Source: Utricularia gibba
Taxonomy: Eukaryota; Plantae; Magnoliophyta
NCBI GenBank assembly: GCA_002189035.1
Contig: CM007992.1
Span: 992,001 to 1,056,000, forward strand
Length of the DNA stretch: 64,000 nt
Direction of reading: 5' to 3'
Shown here: positions 44,503 to 56,993 of the stretch, piece by piece
How the letters are laid out: each line of letters starts with the position of its first letter
Position numbering within the stretch: position 1 is the first letter of the stretch
Translations under genes and position numbers: made by a program
The notes under the pieces: model-generated
Told to the model about the DNA's origin: nothing
Seen by the model: the letters and a program-made list of their open reading frames with translations, nothing else
Database searches by the model: none

Positions 44503-46805
44503 GAATAGCAGATCGCAAATCTGGACGAGCTGGTAGCAGGAAAGACTTGTTACAATCTCATTGTGCCCTGGAGATCTTCATAATCTATGCTGCGGAAGCA
44601 GATCATGGAAATCAATCAAGAATCCCATAAAGAGCAAGCAGTGGATAAACTTGAGGAAGCTGCACGACAGATTGGAAAAGGGGAATATGAACGCAAACCA
44701 AATCAGAACACCATTAACTCAAAAGCTCAATCTCTGAGGACTGCGGGCAGCTTTCAGCAAAAAACCAGTGAAAAGGGACGGGTAATGGCAGAAATGAGAA
44801 GAATGGTGAAGCAAGCAAGGAGTTCAGCAAAGGTACTTTTTCTCCCCAGACAACAGACTAAATGATCCCAAATCCTGAAAAGGAGCAAATTGTCTGCTTA
44901 CCTGGAAAACGAAAATCATTCACAACCACCCAGCGAGAATCAATGAACACGGAGACAAAAGTAAATAGCCACTGAATCAATGACAAATGCTGCAGTTTTT
45001 ATGGTGGTGTGCTGCACTGATCCAGAAAACACAAAATTCAATGGAAAAAAAACCCAATAACCCCCCACAAACCAAAATTCAGATCTTGATCGCAATCTTA
45101 CCACAAAAAAGGAAACCCATAAACCCATAGATCCAGGATCTGAGAACTCCAAAAACATTAAAATAAAAGAAAAGAAGCCAACCTAAATGCTTCGGCACCC
45201 TAAGCGTTTCTGGGTTCGCTTCGGCAGTCAGAAAGAAGAGCATTGTGAAGAGAAAAAACTGGTCCAAACAAAACCATAATCCTTTCTGGCATAAAAGCCT
45301 GTGGCAGCAGCAACTAACAAGTGGAGGCGAGAGAATAAAGGAAGAAATTGATTAATCCACCACCAACATTAAAAAATGGGGTGGCTTCCCCATTCCCAAA
45401 TCTAGCATCCAATTTAATGAAAAATCACAACTGGGTCTGCAGCGGTCAAACTGAAAAGGCAAATGAGCCAACCAAATTTCAGCTCCCGTTCCTTTCTTCT
45501 GGATTGGTATACGGCTTAATCATTATGGAATTCCGTGTATTTATTAATCAAATAAACTTGTACCGTCACTCTGGTTTTACCTTTCACCCGTGTTTACCAC
45601 CGCCGTGATCACCACCGCTCCCGTCGCTGGGAAAAAACCCAGGTGACAGCTCCGTGTCTCATTTATGAAAACCGAACCTGCAAGTCCATAAGGACACAAC
45701 GAAAAGAAACGTCAAGATACACTTTTAGATCCCAATTTTTCCAATTTTTTCCAGTACAATTGGATTCCGCAGTTTAGTATCAATCCAGATGATCCCTTTC
45801 GTGTCTGGGGTTCACATTTAGCAGAGCTAACGGACACCATTGCCATATGACCTTCACAGTACAGTACTGTACTGCTGCTGCTGAGCGAAGGGTGGGCTCT
45901 TGTCATTCTCGTTGTTGATATGGGCCTGGCCCAAGAACGTCAACAAAATCAATATTTTAAAATTAGATTTAATACATATACTTTATTTATGGTAAATAAT
46001 TCAATCAACAAATAGTCATAAATGTTCAAGTTGTTGAGGTAATTGGTTAATAAATGAAATTGTAAGAGTAGGTAATGAATTATTAGTTATTACACTGTGC
46101 ATTGTTTAAAAAATCAGGATTTGTAAGTATAATAGTTTAGTAATGATATGATTACAGATAAAAATATATTGTATGATTTATTTTCATTGAAATTTAAAAA
46201 CATAAAATTATAAGTATTAAATATTCGAAACAATCAATATCGTATAAAAAAGAATATGAATTGTGATACGATTTAATTGTGATTGTATAGTTTTAGATTG
46301 CGAATTGTTCATAATATATATTGAATAAAATTCAAAAGAGTTACAATTTAATAGCTTTTGCTTGCTAATTAATTGTACAAACAATTTACAATATTTTTAT
46401 GGTAATCTAAACCATTGATTGGTTAGATAACAAAACTTTGGTTGTATTAAAAAATATTTTTATAAAAAATGAATTTTATCATATACGGGTAAAATGCCCC
46501 TTGTTTGTATTTTAATTTTTTTTATTGTAATTGTATTTAAATATAGGTATTTTGGTTTAATATGTTTTACATGTATAATAAAATATTTACAAAAATAATG
46601 ACAATTATTTGTTGTGAGAACATGGTGGAAGTTGAAGCCCGGCGGTGTCCATGGTGGAAGGAGTCCGTGGGTTGTCAGGGAAGGAATTTCCGTTACTGCC
46701 CTCGTGCTGCCTGCGCCTGCGCTGCCGTCGTGGACCCGATTTCGGGAAAGTCTGAGTTTGACCGGTCCTACGTTTTTTGGCTGCCGTTTCTCTTGAAAGA
46801 TATGC

Positions 46806-49439
46806 ATGACTTCGGCTGTCAGAACAGCAAAAGCAGGCGGCACTGTGGCTGGTGTATTGAGGCGATTGTCTGTATCTCGGAGCCGGTTGTGGGCGATTTC
46901 TGGTCGGATAATTCCTGGAATCAACGCCGCCGTGGGTATGGCGAACTCGAATGTTGGAGGTGCAGATCTGAGGAGGTCGTTTATTGGGGTGTATTCGTCT
47001 CTCAAATCTGAGCTCTTGAGTGATCCTTCTTTCGAGTGGACCGATGCTTCTGTGAAATGGGTCGAGCGGGTCAGCATTATTATGTGATTTCCGATTTGTT
47101 ATGGTGTTATTGATGCTTTGCATGTTCTTTTCTAGATTGTTATGAATTCCAATGGATTTGATGATGGATATTGATTCGCTGATGCGTTTACAGAATATAC
47201 TGATTTGACACTTCATCTATCTAAGTATAATTCATAGTTGCTGTCAGGCGGAGAAAGCTACCTTCTAGTTCTACTTATGTGTAATTTTGCTTGGCAGTTG
47301 ATAATATGCACAGGAAACTGAAAGGGTTGGTAGAAAAAGTTGGAAATATTTTCAGAACTGCTCTTCTGAAGTTTGTGGTGGTCTTAGACAAGTGGATGAA
47401 TTAAGATCATGTTCCTGCTTTGTTTCTCATGATTTTTCTTATAACGATAAGGAATTAACTACAAAATGAGGAAATGGAAATCGCCATTGTTCATTGTCCC
47501 TATAACTTCCAATAGGTCTTAGCCAGTTACTGCTATTCAATTTTAGGGTGGAAAACAAACTGATGTAATATTCTCTATGTAGTCATATGTGGGGTTCCTC
47601 ATTGTGTTTTTGGTTCTAATGTGCAGATGCTGAACTACAATGTACCCGGAGGTATGGCGACCATTGCGTTCTACAACTTTGTTTTCAGCCCCTATCTGGT
47701 CTGTGATTCTGAAATGAAGTTGTACTGATGAAGCATTGTTGATCAATCATGTGTAGGAAAGTTGAATCGAGGCCTGTCAGTAGTTGAGAGCTATAGTTTA
47801 CTTAAGGAGGGAAAAGATGTATCAGAGAACGAGATTTTTCTAGGCAGTACTATTGGCTGGTGTATTGAATGGGTGGGTACAGTTTTATGTTTCTATTTTC
47901 TCTTTGTAAATTGAGCATTTTCAATTCTAGTGTCTGAGGAGCATGCATATGGGAAAAATGCAGCTCCAGGCATACTTTCTTGTGCTTGATGACATCATGG
48001 ATAACTCCCACACGCGCCGTGGCCAACCATGCTGGTTTAGAGTTCCTGAGGTTGGCTGAACTGTCAAGTTGTTTTAACCTTTCCTTTAGTTAAATCTTAA
48101 TTTTGTTGAACTTGTGATCTAGGTCGGTTTGGTTGCTGTCAATGATGGAATTCTACTTCGAAACCACATTCCAAGAATTCTCAAGAATCACTTCAGGGAA
48201 AAGCCCTATTATGTTGATTTGTTAGACTTGTTTAACGAGGTGGGATGATGGTTCAGCGATGGTGATATGGAATGCTTTACATCTTTTGAAGTTTTGAAAC
48301 TAATGCGCTTTCCATCTTCTTAGGTTGAATACCAAACTGCTTGTGGGCAGATGATTGATCTTATTTCTACCTCTGAAGGGGCAAAGGATTTGGCAAATTT
48401 TTCAGAGTCTCTGTGAGTATATAAATTCCCAAGATCCATGAATAAAAAGTTTAAGTATTCTTTTCCACTGTTTTTATAATGGACTCGTTGATATTCGGCT
48501 TGGTGTTGTGCAGCCATCGCCGAATTGTTCAATACAAGACAGCCTACTACTCTTTTTACCTTCCTGTGAGTACAGAATCAATCTCATTCAACTGTAGTTT
48601 GGTTTTCAATGTGAATTAAACTTTTCCCACCCAATTCCTCACAGGTTGCTTGTGCATTGCTAATGGCCGGTGAGAAGCTAGAGAATCATAAGAATGTGAA
48701 GGACGTGCTAATTGATATGGGAATCTACTTCCAAGTCCAGGTTAGAATGCCTTCGCTGACAGCTAGATACTATCCAGTCATATGTTTTGCCTAAACCTGC
48801 TAAATGAAAGTGTTCCACCTAGTTCAACAATCAAACCCGAGGATCACTTTGTATTCCCTACTTTTATTTTTCACTTCACATCTCATAAACATAATCAGGT
48901 ATGCCATTTCGTTGATCTTGGTGTTTTGTTTTCAGGATGATTATTTGGACTGCTATGGTGAGCCCGAGAAGATCGGGAAGGTGAGCTGAGATGTTATCAT
49001 CCCTCACTGAGTGTCATCCTCCTAGAAGTCTTCTTCGTCTCAGTTCATGGTTTCTTATCAACAGATTGGCACTGACATTGAGGATTACAAGTGCTCTTGG
49101 CTAGTGGTAAAAGCTCTGGAGCTCAGCAACGAAGAGCAGAAGAGAACAATCTACGTAAGAATCGAAAGCACACACTCAAACTTTAGGAAAAGCAAAAGAA
49201 AGATTCCAACTTGAACCCAACTGCTCATTCATTATCAGGAACACTATGGGAAGCAAAGCCCTGAAGATGTTGCAAAGATAAAGTCCCTGTACAATGAGCT
49301 GAATCTCCAAGGAGTATTTGCAGAATACGAGAGGAAGAGCTACGAGAAGCTAACTGCATCCATTGAGGCTCATCCTAGCAAGGCTGTGCAGGCAGTGCTC
49401 AAGTCCTTCCTTGCTAAGATATACAAGAGACAGAAATAA
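46806..49439 (+). CDS. FPS: Farnesyl diphosphate synthase, 11 exons; long form from 46806 (about 393 aa), short form from 46938 (about 349 aa)
   Basis: Exons 46806-47069, 47627-47651, 47757-47872, 47964-48050, 48123-48239, 48324-48412, 48514-48565, 48645-48740, 48936-48980, 49065-49154 and 49239-49439. [34 protein letters not shown] and end KIYKRQK* present. Confidence 0.95.
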
Positions 49440-49617
49440 GATGAATCCAGGTAAATTTAGCTGGGAAACTTCCATTTGGACTGTGGGGCATCTCTCTTTC
49501 GTTCTTCACAGCATGTAAAACAAGCTTGTTTGCCATTTTTGTTGCTTCTGCTTCTTCAGAGCATGTCCATGATGTTGGCCATGGATCTGATGCATGGCAC
49601 CTGCTGGTTATGTTGTT

Positions 49618-51072
49618 TCACTGTTTAATAAAATCAGGTTGGTTTGTGATGGATCTGACCCATGCCCATTCGTGGTCTTTGGTGTTCACCACGTTCTTTG
49701 CACGCGCCACCTCCTCCACCGGAATGTAAGCGTATACTCCGTTGATCCGCCCACTAACAAAGCCTGTGTACCCGGCCATCGCGCCGTGGACGGCGGAGTG
49801 AGCAAGAAGTGTGCAATATAAATTATCGATGGCGTTCGCCGGAACGGCGCGTATCATATACGTCGGATCGATGTATTTCACCGTGAAAAGCTCTTTGCCG
49901 TGCTCCCTTTTCCACCATTTCTTCAATTCGGATCTCAGCCACGCGCCGACGTCGAGGAAAATGGGGTTCCCGGATTCGTCCTTCTCCTGAACATTCCCTT
50001 CCTCTGTTTTCGGAATGACATCCTGGCCGGCGCCCTCCGCCACTACCACGACGGCGTGGCCATAATCCTTCAAGCGGCTGTCGAGGAACTCGAAAAGTCC
50101 GCCGCCGCCTTCGAGGTAGAAATCGATCTCCGGGATTAAACAGCAATCGACGTCACGGCTGCTGAGGGTTGCGTGCAGAGCGATGTGGCCGGAGCTCCGG
50201 CCCATCAGTTTCACTAATCCGATTCCATTGACGGCGCTCTCGGCTTCCGTGTGGGCGGCGCTGATTGCCTGTTGGGCTATCTCCACTGCGGTTTCGAACC
50301 CGAATGATTTGTCGATTATCCCCACATCGTTGTCCACCGTCTTCGGTATCCCAGCAACGGCGATGTTTAGTTTCCGGCGAGTTATCTCGCCGCATATTTC
50401 CAGCATTCCTCTCATTGTTCCATCTCCTCCGATTATATACACCTGCAGTCCGGCACAAACAACCCATCACTCACAAACCTCAAACGAATGAAAAGAAATT
50501 CACAAACTCTAGGGATCTCAAAAGCACCTGGTTGTATCCACGGTCCAGAATCCCATCAACTATCTTGTGAAGATCAAAACCTCCTCTAGAAGTTTCTAAA
50601 ACAGTCCCACCTCTTTTGTGCCAACTATGAACCATTTTAGGATCAAGCTCCACCGCCTCGCCGGAGTAAAACCCCGGAAACCAGCCCGGATACCGAATAT
50701 CTCACGGACGCCATAGAGATCCCACAGCCCAACCACAAGCTCTCTGATGACAGTGTTCATGCCGGGGCAAAGACCGCCGCACGTGACTATCGCGGCCCTC
50801 ACGTGACTCCCCTGAAAGCACACCCGCCGCCTTGGCCCCGCGCGGCAGTACGCGTAGTGAGGCGGTGCCGGAGCACCGACGTCATGGAGAATGTGGCGGA
50901 GGACGACCTCGGAAGAGGCGACGTAGAACTCGGAGGCAGGATGGAAAAATGGATTGTTTTCGAGAGGATTTAGGTGGGTTTGGAGATCGGGGAAGTGATC
51001 GGAAAGATGAGGGAGTCGCCGGAGTATGAAGCTTCCGATGCCGAGGTCACCCTCCTGGACTGTTATCGCCAT
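49618..51072 (-). CDS. PFK2: ATP-dependent 6-phosphofructokinase 2-like, 2 exons, about 456 aa after restoring one base
   Basis: Exons 51072-50528 and 50442-49618 (an in-frame ATG also lies at 51099). [47 protein letters not shown] and [11 protein letters not shown] present. -1 shift at the C4 run 50672-50675 (GFRGFYSG). Confidence 0.92.
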
Positions 51073-53310
51073 TTCTTCCTGCTTGCTATTTTTGCGCATC
51101 CTTGGGATTTTGACCTTTGTAGGCTAATAGTTGCTACGTGGCAGTGTCAGATTGTGACACGTCGATGACACGTGGTAAGCGAGAAGGGGTGACGGGAGCC
51201 ACGCTTTTTTTAAAAAAACTTCTAGAAAAATTATTTTTGTATTAATAGGAAATTGAATTATATTAAAAATAAAATTACAGGTCACGTGAAAGGAAAAAAA
51301 TTAATAAATTACTGAAAAAATCCCTAATATTAATGACTTTGACTTGAAAAAGCATTTTATAAATACAAAATAAAATACAAATCAATAAAATTTTTTAAAG
51401 ATATCTCATGTTCCATGTGGCAAAAGATTGGATTTTTGTGATTCAAATTTAACATTTTAATGCACATTTGATAGGGTAAATTGATTAATTACTTAATTAA
51501 ATTAGTTGCTTTGAATATAAATATGAATTATACAGTTATAATTGAAAATTCATTTGATAAATGTATGTTTTAAGTAGTGTGTTTGATGTATTTATAAGTA
51601 TTTTACAAATCACATATATATTGTAGAATATATTTATTAAATATGCATTGTTTTGATGGGCACATCATTAGGTCATGTTTGATAAATAAATTTAGAAGAC
51701 TAAACTCATGGGTTTATGAATGAAGTGATCAATATGTTGGTTTTAGTAAATATGATGACTTTTCTAAATTCCAAGAAATCGGGGAAATGTCATGACCCAA
51801 ATTTTTATTATACCATATTGGTTGTTTTAAATACTTAATCTTTATAATTTTAAATTTTTTTATTTTAAAGAAAAATATTCATACAAAATTAAAATGAAAG
51901 GAACCTTCTATTTAAATGTATATTATTTTTCATTCGTAATCAATATAATATATCATCATTAGATTTATGACTTTATATCATTATATAAATTCATTTTTAT
52001 TTTAATTTTTCTGAACCCTTATAAAATGAGTGATTAATGATTTATTCCAATCCCTCTAATTTGTACTTTTTTATCATCCTTTTCTAGTGCTATTTTACGA
52101 CGATATCTATCAACTCCGTGGTTTTTCCATTCTACGATGATTTTCACGTAAAAATCTATGTATTCCTTTATTTCTGTTAATCACATTACACAACCCATAA
52201 AGGCTAAAACCTTAGCCGGATATATCATACCCAGGCGTATTCTTAATCCGAAAATCAATCTCTGACCCCATACCATATACCGATTTTCAACCACAATACC
52301 CTTAAATTTTTGAACCTTGGAATTCGAAATGCTTGAATATAATTTTTTTGGTAATATTTTCCTTAATTTGTAGTTATGACAAGGTTTACGGAGTTTTGAT
52401 TTTTAAGAAAATAGAATAACGAAGAAATAATTATCAGAAATTGAAATTAATAATAAAGCGAAGCATCTCGAGGCTGCGTCCCATGGCCTCCAAAGCCTAC
52501 ATTTTTTGTCCTAAATCCGAGCGAGGGATAGAGGTTTCTTGTTAATCGTTTACAGGAAAAAGGTCAGCACAGTCGTCTGAATCTCGCTCATTTTCAGTGT
52601 TTTCATCCGATTCGTTTCCGGTGGAGGAGTAGTTGCCTGCCGTCACGCAATTTGGGGTTTTTTATGTGGATTTCTGGTCCGTACAACTTGAAGCTTGGAG
52701 GTGAGTAAGGTTGAGCCGAATTGACGTTCGTGAAAGATTTGGAGGGTTATAGTGTAGATCTAGGTGAGGATTTTGAATTCTGCTGCCTTTTGTATTTTAA
52801 CTTTTTAGTATTTTTGATTGTTTGTGGGTCGTCGTGGAAATTGGTGAACCTTGATTTTTATGTGTTTTTGTAACCATTTTTGCCGTCTGAAAAGCTTAAA
52901 TGTTGTTATAGAGGAAGGAAATGAACACAAATCTTACACGTTTGACTATTTTTTGATTGTCCTCTTTTTAAACGGGAGTTTGTGATTTCATTTCCCTGTG
53001 TCTCTGAAATATTGCAAGATCAGACGTTTAAAAATTCTTTGGTGTGTGATACAAGTGATTTTTTAAAGTAGCCGTTTCAAGTAACACTGAACACAGGGGC
53101 ATTCCATGGTAGCACCACCTAGATTTGATTTCGTTCTCAATCACCCGATGTTTTCCGAGAGAAAGCTGTTATCTTTCTATGTATGTTCCTTCATTCTATA
53201 AGCATCGTTTAGTCACGAAAAAGTGCATTTTTCATCCAAGCATGTCGAGTCAAATTTTATTGTTTGTCTTATTATTGTGTTTCTATTTTTCTTCGATAGA
53301 TTGATGAATT

Positions 53311-55078
53311 ATGCATCAGCCCAACGCAGTGCCTAATCCAAGCTTGGTGAACACCAGTCCAGGTCTCCTACATCCGACAGTAGACTGTGGAACTAATGCT
53401 ATGGATCCTGCAGCTGGGTCCAATGGTGCAAACAGCAACCGTAACTCTGCATCCAAACAGCGACTACGCTGGACACATGACCTTCATGAACGATTTGTTG
53501 ATGCTGTATCACAGCTTGGTGGGCCAGACAGTGAGTTATATTCTGTAAACTGCTCTTGTGATGAAAAAAGGCTCGATTCCTTTCCACTGTGAATGTGGTA
53601 GAGAGGATAACTTGAAACAGCCTGTCTACTGGTTTTCATAACAGGAGTTAGTTTTATCAGAATTCGAGTTCTGGACACACCCGAACTGTCGGTTTCAGTT
53701 TTTTCGGTTTCAGGGGGGTGGGGTGGGTGTGGGCTGAGGTTTCCATTTGTATCTAGTAGCAGTTATAAATTTAGACATCTACGTTGCAGGCACCTTTGAT
53801 GCATGCATCTAAGAGTGTCCGCGAGAGATAGGCACTGGCATGATAGATTTATGATATTTTATTCTCCTTGCAGGAGCTACTCCTAAAGGTGTGCTTAGAA
53901 TTATGGGCGTTCAAGGGCTTACTATTTACCATGTGAAGAGTCACTTGCAGGTACTCATGCTAGAAATCCCTCATGTTTTACGTCTATGCCTGCACTAATT
54001 TCCTAGTTGTGAACAGAAGTATCGACTTGCAAAGTACCTTCCAGATTCTGCATCCGAAGGTTGGTTTCTCAACTGCCTCAGTTGATTTTCTATCAATGCA
54101 TCTGATTTTTTTCCCTTTTTTGGTCCTTCAAGGAAAAAATCCAGACAAATTAGAATCTGGGGATGTGCTTTCTGCACTTGATGGTTCATCGTAAGTGGTA
54201 TTTCTTTCTCAAACTTTTCCGATCCTCCTGTGTCTTCTTTCGCCATGGACTTTCTGTGCACCGTTTTCCATCAACAACTTGTATGATGTCCCCCATCTAA
54301 GTTCCCTGTTCCCATCCTAGCCCTGTGTATGCCATTATAATCTTTGAAGGCTAACTTGTTGTTTCTTTGGGTAGTGGAATGCAAATAACTGAGGCCCTCA
54401 AACTGCAGATGGAGGTTCAAAAGCGGCTGCATGAACAATTGGAGGTACACATCTTAACCACCATTATACGTTGTATAGAATAAACAGATCTTTGTGATAG
54501 TCATGCCATTAATTCGCACTTTTCCCATTGAAGCTGTCATTACATTATGAGTCGAAGTGTAAGGATCAAAAGTTCGTCCTTTCTTTAATCTGCACCATGT
54601 CAGATGAAGGATATCACATTCATTTTAAGATTGCTTGAACTTCTAGCTGGAAAATTTCTGTATAATGACTTCTTTATATCGCATTCTCAAGGTACAAAGG
54701 CAGCTACAGTTGCGCATTGAAGCTCAAGGAAAGTACCTAAAGAAGATAATTGAAGAACAACAACGCCTCAGTGGAGTCCTCTCCGAAGCACCAGGTTTAG
54801 GGGCGGATACAGGTCCCCTCGATCCTGAAAACATGGATCCACCAACCCCTGTGCCAACATCTGAATCCCCTCCCATGGACAACCCTCCCAAAGAGCTTGC
54901 CCCTGGTCAGAGTAGCCATTCTGTGGAAGAATCCTTCCTACAGCATGAACCTCTAACCTCTGATTCCGATACCCCAACCGCTAGGCCAGCAAAAAAGCAA
55001 CGCTCAAGCAACGATTCATCATTCAGCAAGCCGTGTATGGCTCCTACAAACAGCATACTGGAATCTAGCCTAAGCTGA
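53311..55078 (+). CDS. PHL7: MYB-CC (PHR1-like) transcription factor PHL7-like, 6 coding exons, about 284 aa
   Basis: Exons 53311-53530, 53874-53950, 54017-54059, 54133-54190, 54375-54444 and 54692-55078. KQRLRWTHDLHERFVDAV, SHLQKYR and [34 protein letters not shown] present. 5'UTR intron 52701-53299. Confidence 0.93.
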
Positions 55079-55935
55079 CCTTGGACCATTCTTCAGAATC
55101 GCCTGTTTGTGATGAGAATCAGCCAGGTGGATGCCATCAGCAGCAGGTGATACTGCATTTGTGTGTGTAGTTTGTGAACATAGGCTGCAGATGTATTATA
55201 ATTCAAGGATGTGATTGATGATGATGATGATGCTTGTCCTCTGGAGAACGGATGACCTTTAATTTAGTGGTTGCTGGCATTTTATTCTATGGCTGCGGTA
55301 AGTACCAGTTAGATCCAATTAAGGTTGTAAGGAAACTTTTTGGGAAATGTCATGTGAAGTTGTAGGTGAACTCCGGTCAACAGTAAAATTTAGGGGTATT
55401 ATAAAAGTGATTATTATCTTTTGAGTGCGTGTTTGGTTGTTGGGTTTGGCTTAAACATAGGTTTAGTTTATTTGGGTTTAGATAATCCGATTTCATGGGT
55501 TTAAAGGATGAAATCCGTATTTGGTTGATGGGTTTAGGTTATTTGAGTTTAGGATGAATACATGTTTGGTACGTAGGTTTAAAATTGGGTTTATAATGAT
55601 TTTCATATGAAATTATCAATATAACTTTTTAGTTAATTAAAATAAATTATCATATATTTTATTTTTCTATATCATTTTATGAGTTTAATCTTGCATCGCA
55701 TAACATAAATTACAGTACTTAGTTGAAATTTTATTTTATAACAAGCATTGAGTAATAATAGACACGATGTTTATCTTCAAAACGAAAATTCACATTTACA
55801 GTAAGCACCGGATAATAATGGACGCAGCGCTCGACTTCAAAACGAAAACTCACATTCAGTATCAAAAATAAAAACCCAGAATATTAGACATGTTGTTATT
55901 ATTTTTATTTTTATCTTTTTCTTTGTTTTCATTTT

Positions 55936-56026
55936 TTTCTTCTTTATTTTCTTCTTCTTATTCTTTATCTTCTTCTTCTTCTTTTTATTCTTCTTCTTCC
56001 TTTTCTTCTTCTTCTTCTTCTTCTTC
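55936..56026. repeat. Imperfect (CTT)n microsatellite inside the MITE
   Basis: Directly visible TTC/CTT runs. Confidence 0.9.
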
Positions 56027-56310
56027 AACAGATTTGAACAGATCTAAACAAATCTATTACAAATCTGAATAAATATGCTACAGATATGTAGGAATTTTAA
56101 CTTTAAAAAAAATTGGTAAATAGATTTGTGCATCTGGTTTCTGATAAATCTACGTTCAAATATGGTTCACGTGAGAGCAAAAATGGAAACGCCGAGATGG
56201 ATTTAGTTAAACCGACCCCCTCCCTTGGGTTTAGCTAAACCCAGCTCCATGGGTTCCCACCTTGTTTATGGTCAAAAGGTGGGTTTATTTTTACCCACCT
56301 GAAACCCACG

Positions 56311-56416
56311 AACCAAACGTGGGTTTAGATATAAACCCACGTCGCAACCCACCTAAACCTAGCAACCAAACGTGGGTTTAGACATAAACCCACGTCGCAA
56401 CCCACCTAAACCTAGC
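56311..56416. repeat. Two 53-bp tandem copies, each with an 11-bp inverted repeat, at the MITE right end
   Basis: Units 56311-56363 and 56364-56416 differ at one position. Each contains ACGTGGGTTTA-N4-TAAACCCACGT. Confidence 0.95.
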
Positions 56417-56993
56417 AACCAAACGCGTCCTGAGTTTTTGAGAAAAAACTGATTATTGTATATATAAAATTTTGATTTTAGTGTAGAAGATAAGAAAAAT
56501 TATCATTTTCTTAAATGATTCTAAAATTCAAAGTAAAATTTGAGTTTTGATTATGTGGTAAAGTTTGATATTTTGAAAAAAAAAAGGAATGTATAAGATT
56601 AATTTGATTTTCAAAAGATGAAAATTAATTATATATGAATTAAAAAGTATTGATATTAATTTTGTTGGATTAAATATGTTGGGGGATAATACATAATAAT
56701 AATAATAATAATCAATTATACTGATATAAATATATTATTTGTATTAAATAAATAGAAGTTAAACATGTCGTTTTAGTATTTAATAATAATTTTTAGGGCT
56801 GAGGTCCCTTTTAATATTTATTTTTTTCCAAAAATAAATAAAAAACATAACACAATTTACAGGAAGAAAAGACGATAGGTACACTTCCAAGTTCCAGCAT
56901 ATGATAGATCACATTTTTTTAACTTAATTACCCAGCAGAGGCAGAGCAAGGCGCGCGCGATGAGGAGTTCATTGGCGGTTGTGTCTCTACACA

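Larger units (their letters stand above)
55425..56430. mobile_element. Non-autonomous PIF/Harbinger (Tourist-like) MITE, about 1006 bp
   Basis: Imperfect TIRs GTGCGTGTTTGGTTG (left) and CAACCAAACGCGTCC (right), flanked by TGA at 55422-55424 and 56431-56433 (3-bp TSD). Subterminal GGGTTT/AAACCC-rich arms, AT-rich core, no ORF. Confidence 0.7.

Noticed and set aside
39157-51072. Possible terpenoid biosynthetic cluster (FPS plus MATE transporter)
   Set aside because: No terpene synthase, P450 or transferase is present, the neighbours are housekeeping or signalling genes, and the order appears to be old synteny.
55837-56072. Lys-rich and Ser/Phe-rich ORFs in the ORF track
   Set aside because: They are translations of the CTT microsatellite inside the MITE.
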